DNA of 64,000 nt from Pseudogymnoascus verrucosus. Taxonomy: Eukaryota. Of this stretch, positions 26,401-36,873 are shown one piece after another. Numbering within the stretch: the stretch's first letter is position 1; every line of letters starts with the position of its first letter. The notes under the pieces were generated by a model. The model worked only from the letters and a program-made list of their open reading frames with translations, ran no database searches and was not told the origin of the DNA. The stretch lies in the NCBI GenBank assembly GCA_001662655.1, contig KV460208.1; one strand, written 5' to 3'. The translations under genes were made by a program, and so were the position numbers.

Positions 26401-26700
26401 GGTACTAGATGGTGGGCGGTGGATAGGGGGGGAGATGCACTGCGCTGCGATGTGATGTGATGTGATGTGATGTGATGTGAAGGGATGTGATGCACGATGA
26501 ATGATTGATGGCTTTCGTATTATGTACTGTGCTGCGCTGCACTGCACCGCGCTGCTGCTGCACGATAATGCGGCGTAGACAGCGTGAGGCTCTGCTCTGG
26601 CAGTGGGTGTGCTGCTCTGTTGGGACTTGAGGATGGGATGGGGAGATGAGGGTTGAGGTGTCCCTTTCGTAGGTGCCTCTTTCCCCTTTCCCGTTCCCGC
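17500..26700. repeat. ~9 kb gene-free, low-complexity, microsatellite-rich region upstream of the TF
   Basis: (ACAG)n 20103-20126, (AG)n 21039-21058, (GCCAT)n 24093-24117, (TGTGG)-like 24601-24630, (TGTGA)6 26451-26480, many G and C runs, alternating purine and pyrimidine tracts. No credible protein ORF. Confidence 0.8.
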
Positions 26701-26733
26701 ATCCTCCCCCTTTCCTCCCCCCTATCCATCCCC

Positions 26734-29700
26734 TCACTCCTCAACAACCACCCCCTCCACCCTCCCCACCCACTCCCCCCCAACCGCCAAATTCTCCCCC
26801 GCCGCCAGCGCCCTAACCACCATCCCCTCCCTCCTCTCCCTCCCCACCCTCCTCAACGCACTCTCCAAAAACCCGCTGAAGACACTAACACTCCACCCCT
26901 CCGGGGCCAACCCAAGCACCTCCATAACATCAAACCACCCCCCAAACCGTCCCAGCAGCACGCCCGTCATCTCAACCCTCTCTCCCACGTCTTCAATCCC
27001 TAGGAACTCGCCCAGTAGGCCCCTGAATAACCGTCGCTGCTCTTCCACCCCGCCTGCGGAACCTTGTAGTGCGCCGGAGACAGGATGATATGTTCCTCCA
27101 CCCCCTAATAGCGCGTAGCGAATCGCACCATCGTAGTCCCCTAGCCCTCTAACCAGTAGCCTTAAGGCGTCCTCGTGAGCTCCCCGCCGCGAACACAGCA
27201 CAATCATCTCCAACACCAACGCGTCCGCCAGCGGCTCAACACGCTCCCTCACAGCATCGACATCGTAATCCGCACCCTCCGCCCCCAGGAGCTGGAGCAT
27301 TCGCACTCGTGCGCCCCACCACGGTTCCTCCGACAGTTCAGAGTGGTAGTCCGCCATCCACGCGCGGAACGGGGGTTTCGGCGTCGGTAAGGCACGGTAG
27401 GTCTCGTATCCCCCCTCGAGAGCTTCGCGTGCGGTAGGGTCGTAGTTCAAGTGCCCGAGAACGACGTCGAGGTAGTGCGCGAGCAGCTCGTCGCCGTGCT
27501 GCGGCATGTCGCGCGCGAAGACGAGGTGTTCGAGGTACGCTGTCACGGCGTTGGGCGCTCGTTCGCGAAGCATAGTTACGACCTCAGCTGGGGGGAAGGA
27601 GACGCGAGCGCGGGGGTCGGCGAAGACTTGGATTCCCAGCTGCGGATTGCGCGAGGCCAGCCAGAGGCCGAATTCTTGGACCAGCGCGGGGTTGCGGATA
27701 ATAGCCAGGTACTCCCTGACGCGGATCTCGCCATCGACGAACTCTGCGCCGTCATCGCGGGCGCCCTCGATGATGCGGCGCCAGGTAGCGAGAACCTCAG
27801 CGGCGAGCTTTCGGGATTGGTAGAGTCGGCTGAGGATGTAGAGGCGGTGATGCGACTCCAGTAGTGCGACGGCGCGGGAGAAGCAGTCCACGCCGTGGTC
27901 GACGAGATCGTTGAGGTCAGCGCGTGTGGAGCCGGGGAGGGCGGGCCCGGGGGGAGAAGATGCGTCGAGACGGAGGAGGACGAGGAGGAGGGAGGCGTCT
28001 ACGGTGCGGAAGACGTCGTTTTCGGAGGCGATGCTGCCGAAGCCTTTGCGCTCGCGCCAGGCGCTTAGGAAGCGTTGGTAGAAGTGGAAAGGGTGGGATG
28101 ATGCGGGCTCGGCGCGGTCGCTGCTGGGGGGCTCCTGGGAGATGAAGGTGGAGGCGATTTGGGCGATGCCGGTGGGGATCCAGATCCCGGTCCTGCCTTC
28201 GACGATCTCGCCGCGTAGTTCGGGGTTGAGCGCTATGACGACGCGGGGGTCGAGACCGCCTTCTAGGAGCGCTTCTTCGGCGCCACGGTACTCGGCTTCG
28301 GTAGGGGCTTCGTTGCGGCGGAGGAGGTTGGTGAGGAGGAGGAGCCCCGCGCGTTGGCGGATGTAGCCTAGACTCATGAATTCGATTTCTGTCCTAGCTT
28401 CTCGCCCTCGGATCGTGTTGATTACTCCAGTCATGGCTGTAGCATACTCCTCTGGCGTCGCCGCTGTCTTGCCGTCTGCTTCGAGAGCAGCGTCTAGCTG
28501 CAGCGCCAGCGGATTTCGCGCAACCCACCATATTTTATCCCCAGCCCATACAACGACTCGGCTCTTTGCTCGGCCGAGTCGCTGCGCAAATTGGAGCTCC
28601 TCTTCGTTGCGGTCCGCTTCCCACTCCGCAGGTAACGGGGTATCGCCCTGTACGTCCTGCGATTCAAAAAGCTCGCGTTCTTTTGACACGCGCTCCAGGG
28701 AAGCCGCCGTACGAGAGTCCGTACTTTGGACGGATACGCTGGACGACCCTGATGAAGGGAAGGGCCTGAAACGCGTCGATCGCAGGCTCTTGGCCACTTC
28801 GTTGAAACTTAGGTCTCCTGGCTCAGTGACCGTGCGGATCCCGACTCTGGCCTTGCCGCTATCTGGAGTGGCGTCGGGGAGTTGGAGCCAGAATTTCTGA
28901 TACCCATTTTCCGCGCTGTCTATATCCCATCGCTGTATCTCAAGACCGTAATGCGTTTCTTCCTCATCCCCTTGGCTTATGACTGCCAGTACATACCCCT
29001 CTTCTTCTTCCTCTGCATTGCTCTGCGATAGTTCTGTTCCCACCCCACGCCCGTCTGTGACTAGAGCTTCTGGGTAGCGGGAGAATTCGAGTGCTGATCT
29101 CGAGATGTCGCCTTCTAGATTGACAAATAACCCCAGGCCCGGATCTGTGGCGCCTGTACCAGTTACGAGCAAAAATTCTTGCGGAGATGGTGAGATTATA
29201 TGTGGTTTAAGAGATCCGCCGGGAATGATCATAGACGCTCTCTTTGAGCTTGCATCTGGCGTAGATGGAGGCTCTGGTAGGGGTTTATCTGCCCGAACTG
29301 GGCTCTTTCCTGGACTCGACTCCCTTTGAGTTTCTCCGCTGGGACGTAAGGATGGCGCTGGCGACGATTCGCGGAATAGAGGGTCTACCGCCGTCTCTCT
29401 CGACCTATCTTGGCTCGGTTGTCGATTTCCCCCACCCATAAATGTACCCAAGCTAGTGCTCCTGCTATGGCCGCGGGGTTCTAACTGCGGCGGAGTCTGT
29501 CCCGTACTCGAGGTGCTCCTATGCGTCCGCGTAGTTGTCTGGCCAGATATATCTTCCGCCTTGCCGCCGACGGTGCCAGATTGCGAGTCGTCGAGAGACG
29601 ATATCGGGAAGAGGGGTATTTTCAGCTGTCTGTCTACGTCCAACAGCGCATAAGACCTAGAATCGGCGACGCACGCAAAGGAATCGCGCCTGGCAGTAAT

Positions 29701-30371
29701 AGTACACCCTGCAAAATCAATCGACTTGACCTGCCTGGCCTCTTCGCCGATACGGACGCTTCGTATTTTCCGCTTCAGCGATAACAGCACCATGACCGGG
29801 CGGATCTTGTCGCCCTGTGTGTTGTCATCTTGACTCTTGTTCAGATCCAAGCCACCAATCCAATTACTGCCTGGGACTTTCTGGTTTCCGAATACTGGAC
29901 TGAGTTCCGGCAACGAGTAGAATGTTACTGTCGAGTTGCAAAGTACGCAAGCCTTGTTGGCTGCGGGGAGGAGGAGGATCTGTTGCACGCCCGGACGCTC
30001 CGGAGTCGACGTTTCTGAATATGCCGGACAGAGCCTCGACGCCAGTATATATGTTGGACCATCGGAATCGTCGGAGGGGTCGGGAGGTATTTGTACAAAG
30101 TGTAGAATCTCGGAGGCGGATGTTCCAACATACAAGTTGCTCTCTGCAGCCAGTTAGTCCACAGCACAAGCACGGGAGTCTTCGAAGAGGAATGCTATCC
30201 AGCTGTCTTATAACACATACCCCAGTATTCAATACAATTGATCACAATGTCTTCCCTGTCTCCATCTGCAGACAATGGCACATCTTTCAGCAATGTCTTG
30301 AGTACATATGGTCCCCGTTCCACCACCCCGCTCCGTACGCTTTCGGGAGCTACCTGATCCTGATCGGACAT
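26734..30371 (-). CDS. VPS3: Vps3 / TGF-beta receptor-associated protein 1 homolog (CNH plus clathrin-repeat, CORVET subunit); exons 30371-30221 and 30143-26734
   Basis: GPYVLKTLLKDVPLS...CIEYW/ESNLYVGTSASEILHF, FYSLPELSP, SYALLDVDRQLKIPLFPISS, YLEHLVF, HEDALRLLVRGLGDYDGAIRY. Confidence 0.88.
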
Positions 30372-30707
30372 TGTATAGCAGCTCTTAGCTACTCATTTAA
30401 ATCCGTTATCGCTTCATGACGGTTGCATTCGATTGCGAAGTGGCACCTTGAGAGGTGAGGTTGGAGCTGTTGGAAGCCTAGGCGATCGGGAACAGCTTGT
30501 GGACCCTCAGCCTTGCGACGCCGTTCCTTGGCGCATGGGCGAGGTTACAGCAGCGGCAGGAACATCGTCGGCGCCACGTTCCCAATCTCCCCAGCAACAA
30601 TCTCATGCATTACTGGAAATAACATTAATCTGAGTATCAGTACTTAGAATCGGAATCACCTACGTACATTTGACAGCTTCTTACTATCGTGGCCGGCGCG
30701 CAAGACC
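30372..30707. promoter_or_regulatory. Compact bidirectional promoter between VPS3 and COY1
   Basis: 336 bp between divergent ATGs at 30371 and 30708. Confidence 0.7.
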
Positions 30708-33003
30708 ATGGCCGACGCCGAGGGTACCGGCCCAGGAGAGGCACAACAAGCAAACCAAGCGCCAGAACCGATGAAGGCAGCTCCTGGCCAGGCGCCACTT
30801 GGAGATGAAAATAAATTTCAGCAAGCAATTTCAGCATGGAGGAGTAAGGAAACGATTGGCAGTATATACGAATGACAGTAGCTAACAGCCATCGTAGAGA
30901 TTGACCTGACAACCTTGGTCCCCACACTCGACAATACAGCTTCAGAGATCATCACGTACCAGCGCGATTCGACAGTCCAACGAAAAGACCTGGCGCAGAA
31001 GACCAAAGACTTTAGGAAGCTCGATGATGCGGCTAAGCTGGGTGAATTCAAAGGGTTGCTAAAAGGTAGGTCATATACGTGTCCATATCCATGCATGTGT
31101 TAACATCGCCCCAGCATATCAAACATTCATCGACCTCCTCACGAATCACTCAAAATCGACTAATTCGTCATTTTTACAAATCTACTCGTCCCTGTCGGAA
31201 GCGCCAGATCCATACCCGTTGCTAGAGGCCTCCGTCGACTCTCTCCTACTCTCAGAGGACACCTTACCCAAGATCACATCGGAGAATGAGCAGCTCCAGA
31301 AGAACGTTACCAAGCTATCTTCTCAGCTAGAGGAGGCAGAATCACGACTGGAGAAGGAACGCACATCCAAGAAGGCGCTGGAGGAGAAGTTAGACACGAA
31401 GGTCAAGGAGGTTGAAGTCTCGTGGGCTGCGGTACTAGAGGAGAAGAAGGATAACTGGGAGGCCAAAGAGAAGTCGCTGGAGGAGAAAGTGCAAAATCAA
31501 GAGCGCTTGCTGAAGGAGATTAAAGCTACATACGAGGTCTCGCAGAGACTTGGACAAGGCGAAGATGGTGAAGAAAGCCAGGGTCATGTCACCAATGCTG
31601 AATTGGAAATCGTAAACTCCGATTTAGAGCGCACAAGCCTTCGCCTGGCCGAGGTAGAGGCGCGGAACGAGCAGCTTCGCATCGAACTGGCCCAAACGGC
31701 GTCGTCAACACCAAGTCAGCCTGCCCTTATCGTTGAGGATGAACCCGCTTATCTCCGCCTTCGATCCGAGAACTCATCTCTGTTGAGCAAGCTTGACGCT
31801 GCAAGGATCGAAAGAGACTCCAAGAAGCGAGACCTGGACCTGAAACTACGCTCTCTCGAAAGAGAGATTGGCCTTCTCAAGGAGGACAGGGATACTCTGA
31901 CGGAGAAGGTGAAGAAATGGAACGACTACGACGAGGTAAAGCAAGAGCTTGAAGTGTTGAAGAGCATTGAGTTCTCGACTGGTGACGATGATGATGAGAC
32001 CGTTGAGACTACCAACGGCGACTCGGCTTCTAAATCAAAGGGTGCTACGTTGGAACAGCTCCTATTGGCACGTAATAAGAAGCTCGGTGACGAATTAACA
32101 ATCTTGAGAGTCTCACATCAAGACCTCCAGAGCCGTCTCCAAATCATGCAAAGAGAGCTGGACAGCGCTACTGCCGATCTTGAGACTGCACAGAATCTCA
32201 ATGTTACTTTGGAGAATGACCTCGCAACGGTCCAACAAGAGTCTTCCAATGCCTTCCCATCCGGTGCTTCGGTGGCCGGAACATATAAATCACACTACCC
32301 TCAATCACACGCCCCTTCCGCCTTTCAAAGTCGCCGTGGCCGCGTCTCACCGACATCGTCCATCATATCCGGTTTGGATCCCCGCTCCTCCATGACCGAA
32401 TCCTCGGGCGGCTCTGGTATCCTCCCGATGATAACTGCGCAACGAGACCGTTTCAAGAAGCTCAACTCTCAGCTCTCCAACGAGGTGTCAGAAGCACACA
32501 GGACCGTCACATCCCTGCGCTCTGAGATTGCGTCCCTCCAGAAGGACAACCTCAACCTCTACGAGAAAACGCGCTACATTTCCTCATACAATCGCACCGG
32601 CTCCTCTGCCGTCTCGAACGCCCCCCAGCAGTCCACCGTCCCCTTTTCCTCCTCCTCGCCACCGGGCGATACGCTCGGACGCTACCGCTCAGCGTACGAG
32701 TCCAATATCAGTCCCTTCGCGCAGTTCCGGGGCCGCGAGAGTGCGCGCGCCTATAAGCGTATGAGCCTGCCCGAAAGGGTCGTGTTCAGCATCACACGTA
32801 TGGTGCTGTCCACGCGGACAAGCCGGAATATGTTCGCGGCGTACTGCGTGGCGTTGCATATGTTGGTATTCCTCAGTCTGTATTGGGCAGGATTAGGTGG
32901 GGAATCGTCGTCGACGGTGTCGACTGTGACAATGGGTGGGCTAGGGGCAGCAGGCAAGCTGGCGGAAGAAGGGCAGGACAAGGCGTGGGATTTGGATGAG
33001 TAA
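30708..33003 (+). CDS. COY1: Golgi coiled-coil membrane protein CASP/Coy1 (3 exons)
   Basis: FQQAISAWR, QRKDLAQKTKDFRKL, SEAPDPYPLLEASVD, ILPMITAQRDRFK, LQKDNLNLYEKTRY, and C-terminal TM YCVALHMLVF. Confidence 0.93.
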
Positions 33004-33416
33004 GTGTATTGGTATAGTATTTTCACTGGCGTTGGCATGTATGGTGATACGAGCGAAAGCCGTGATAAAGGAGAGCATTGATGCGCATTAGCTAGTCGAG
33101 ATATACTTGTAAGATACTCTCTGATACCACATTCCTGGAGACGCTCATTTCCAACATCGCATTTATCATGTCATACTTCTCTTAAGAGAGTAACAACAGA
33201 GTCTCTAACTACTCTCGCCGTACCTTTACTGCTGTAATTCACTCGTAATTTGATGGAATAAAGAGTAGAGAACCCCACGTCGATAATTCGAGAGGGTATA
33301 CAAGCAAAGCCTCATGAGGGAGTACATAAGGGAATGGTAGAGTCGAAAATATGGATTCAACTTCAAAACTGTGAGCTTAGCTGTGCTTTGCACGGAGGGG
33401 GGAAAGGGGGGAGGGG

Positions 33417-33447
33417 NNNNNNNNNNNNNNNNNNNNNNNNNNNNNNN
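33417..33447. other. Assembly gap (31 N) inside a poly-G tract
   Basis: Run of N flanked by G runs. Confidence 0.99.
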
Positions 33448-33550
33448 GGAGGGGGGTGGGGGGTGGGTTGTAGTGTGTGTGCACGGTTATGGAAGGGAGG
33501 GTGTTGTTATGCGTCGGAGGATAGATAAGGGAGGGTGAGAAAAAGGGGTG

Positions 33551-36340
33551 GTGAGAAGATGGTGACGACAGCAAAGCTAGTGATGACGAGAACGACGACA
33601 GCAGCCCCGACTCACCAAACCAAGAGACTAAAATCAACCCCCTGCACTACTGTTCCGGCGCCATTTGATTGAATCAACCTCCATGTATAGTTATGCACGC
33701 GTTATGACAGGAAGAGAAAGGGGCATGGCATCGCATTGTAGATGCGTGGAACCACCCACGGCCTGGGGACTGTGATTCCGAGCTGGGGTGGCGGAGAGAG
33801 GAGAGAGGCGGCTTTATGGATTGTGTGTTTTAAGATTTGGTATCGCCGGGGGAGAAGGGGGGAGGCGGAAAAAGTGATCCCAGCCCCTAGGAGGAAACGG
33901 GCTCAAGGGTCCAGGAGAAAAATATCTATCGTGAAACGGACTTAGGCGTTCAAAGGAAAGTGCTAGATGTGAGGGAGCTACCATATCAGGGATGGATTCT
34001 GAGCACGAGCACGACTGATTATTCTTTTCCAGATGCAAACACTGAAGTACACCATCACAAGATCTGCAGGCCTGCTCACCACTAAGTCTTATAACTCGTA
34101 ACCCGCGATGCTACCTAAGCTATACCAGACAACGCGGTTCCCATTCCTCGTCATAAAGTTTAAATCACTGGGTTAGCGGGTTCCGGAAGGGAGGATGGGA
34201 GGGTGAGATGTGGCTGCGACTAGGGCGATGATGGGAGGAGGGAGGAGGAGGATGACGGTGAGAATTAGAACGGCGGCGAGAGAATGATGACGACGGTGAG
34301 AACCACGGCGACAATGACTGCGACAGCAGCAACCAGTCCCCTCAACAACTCACCTTCAGACCACCATTAGCATATTTCCAGGTTCTCTCTTCGGAATAAA
34401 CTTGGTTTTTGCTGACCAGGGGGACGTGTGTACGGGTGGTGATATTGGCATCCAAGAGTTGCTAAATAAACGTGCCTTGGTAGGCTCATTCCTTCTCCGA
34501 GTATAACAGTGGATTGCACATTTGTGGCTGACCGAGTCGGGATTCTATCTTCGATAATATCAGTCACAGGCTTGTTCAGGATAGAGCAAGCATCGGGAGA
34601 ATATGCCTTTGCATCTCCAGCTACCTCATCCCTGACCCAGTTTCCCTCATATAACATTCTCCTCGGCCAAGGATGCCTCTACTAGTTGAAGGCTGTGGAC
34701 CACTACACCGCAAATGACTATTCTATCTTCGGTTCAAACGGCCAAACTCAGAACTTCCCAAAGTCTATCAAGCCTACCTACAAGCGTAATGCGTGCTGGA
34801 AGTGCTAAAGGTTGAACGAGAAACTGTCGTCGCAAGAAGAAAGGCGACGCATTTGGGAAGACCGCAGGATATCTCCACCACTGTGCAGCTCCATATGCTT
34901 ACACGTACCGTGGGCATCTCAGGCAACAATATTGGAAGTTCCAGAAGTTCCTCGACATCTAGCAAAAACGCCCGACTGGGGGGTGGGGGGCGGTCGGTGA
35001 CAGCGAGAGGACGACAGCGAGAAAGAGAGAACGACGGCGAGAACCACAACCCCAACGAACGACAGCACCCCACTCCCCCCAGCCCCGGTCCCATCCAGAT
35101 GCCATGGAAAGCGACCGACCAGGCAAGACATGCCATGGAAGCTTTGAGCTTTGCTGGCCTCTGCCAAGCTCCGACTGGTGTTCTCTCCTAAGTTTCATTT
35201 TATAGCCCCGTTCGATCTCGCTTACACAAAACGCGTGACTGAGAGCCGTTCCGAGATGAAGGTTCAGGGAACGTGAGGATTCATCTTCGGGTCTCTGGGC
35301 GTAGTTACTCTTGTTGATGAAGAGGTTTGAGGGATGGAGGGGTGAGGGGGTAGGGGATTTGGAGGGAGGCGGGGAGGCGATTAAGGTATATAGAAGTTAG
35401 AAGAAAGCCACAGACAACGAAGAAGATAATGGGGAAGATGGGGATATAGGTGAAGAAAATATGGATGACGATGGGGCCAAGGACGAGGACTTAGATGGCG
35501 ATGCCAATGAGAGGACGATCGATGGCAGTGAGAAGACGCTGTGACAGCGAGACGACGACGACAGCAATTACAAACAACAGCGAGGACGACACCAGCACCC
35601 CGCACCTTTGTAAGGAAGGGGTGGGGGTTGTATCGTCCTGTTAGAGTGCGCATCCGGCAAGTCGACAGTCTTTCTCGTCTAGAGAGTATTGGGTGACCTT
35701 TGATTATGTAGAAACACGTACAACAAGAAAATTTGCTGTTTCAACTCTTTGATGTGTGAAATTCTGATGTCTGATTGTTGGTAATTGGGTTGGAAGTGAG
35801 TAGTGTGCGTCACGGGGGACCAACCCCAGACCAGACCATGGGGCGGTTCGGTTCCAAATCTTCAACCCAGACCGCGGTCCAGTGAAGGCGAGAAGGGACC
35901 CGAGGAGAGATGGGGCGAGGGTGCTCTGTTGGGCGTGGTCTATCGATGTGTGAAGAAAGTGTGAGTGAGGGGCTTCGCGAGGAGAGTATCGAACTGACCG
36001 TGACTGCATAACGGTGGGCATAAGTCAGGCCACTCTGCAGGATCTATCGATATATTAGTTATCCACACTGTAGGATCGGGTATAAAGTATCAGCGGGCGT
36101 GTCAGCGATCACAACACTTCATTAGTACATCGACGAAGAAGAGAAGATCGGTATGGTTTGTGGGAGGGCCTGGCGGGAGGAGAGGATGTAACGGAGCCAC
36201 ATATATATATGGCGGTATCAGCAGGTTGCTGGTGGTTTGGTGTGAGATGGGATGCTGATGCGGTGAGAAGATAGGACGGTGGAAGTAATCGAGGACGACA
36301 ACGAAAAAGTGAGAACGACAGCGAGAACAAACGACAGCAA
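33551..36340 (+). repeat. Five degenerate motif blocks (GAGAACGACRGC-like ... ACGACAGCA) spaced ~0.5-0.75 kb apart
   Basis: Blocks at ~33551-33608, 34258-34341, 34997-35071, 35508-35601 and 36263-36340. Each is preceded by a G-rich tract and most end in C runs. Confidence 0.65.
34390..34790 (+). mobile_element. Degenerate retropepsin-like (LTR-retrotransposon protease) relic
   Basis: Broken frames give INLVFADQG ... IGRICLCISSYLIP ... SYNILLGQGCLY*LKAVDHY...YSIFGSNG. This resembles the D-x-G and 'Y.ILLG..WL' motifs of retroviral-type aspartic proteases. Contains a stop and frameshifts. Confidence 0.4.
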
Positions 36341-36873
36341 CTGAAGATCACTTCCGCAGTGGCTGGTTCAGTTTTGTGGAGTCCGTACTTATCCGGTCCG
36401 AACTTGTCCTGCGCTGCAGTTTGATCTCCTTCATTACTTCGTTAGTGTTCAAGTTGTTATAATGCTCAGTAATGCCGAGGGCGTCACTGTCGTGGTATTT
36501 ATAACCATAATCACCTCCTCCATCATCCCCAATCATACTTTTTCACCCTCACCATCACACCACCAAGCACCAGCACATAGTTTTAAGCACGTAGAGATAG
36601 ATAGATTAAACTACCCTACACCACACACCCATCCGCCATTCACCCACCACAGCACCGAAGAACTTCCCTCGAGATTTTCCTAAACGCCCAAGATCAAAGC
36701 GCGCCCATCCCAGACGTAAGCAAGAAAATGCCACGCAAACAATGCGGTGCAAAAATGAGAAATATAACCCCCCTCCCGGGTCACCCCGCCCCACCGAGCA
36801 GGGGATGAAAGCTAATATACATTCCCTCCTCAAGAAAAATCATCCATATCTGTCTGAGTCAACTCACCCCCCC

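Noticed and set aside
18043..26783. Dozens of 60-260 aa ORFs in the gene desert
   Set aside because: Low-complexity translations of microsatellites and skewed tracts, overlapping on both strands, with no domains.
33551..36340. CRISPR array or box C/D snoRNA cluster interpretation of the periodic blocks
   Set aside because: Eukaryotic context, repeats too degenerate, spacers hundreds of bp, no cas genes; TGATGA boxes lack properly placed CTGA partners.
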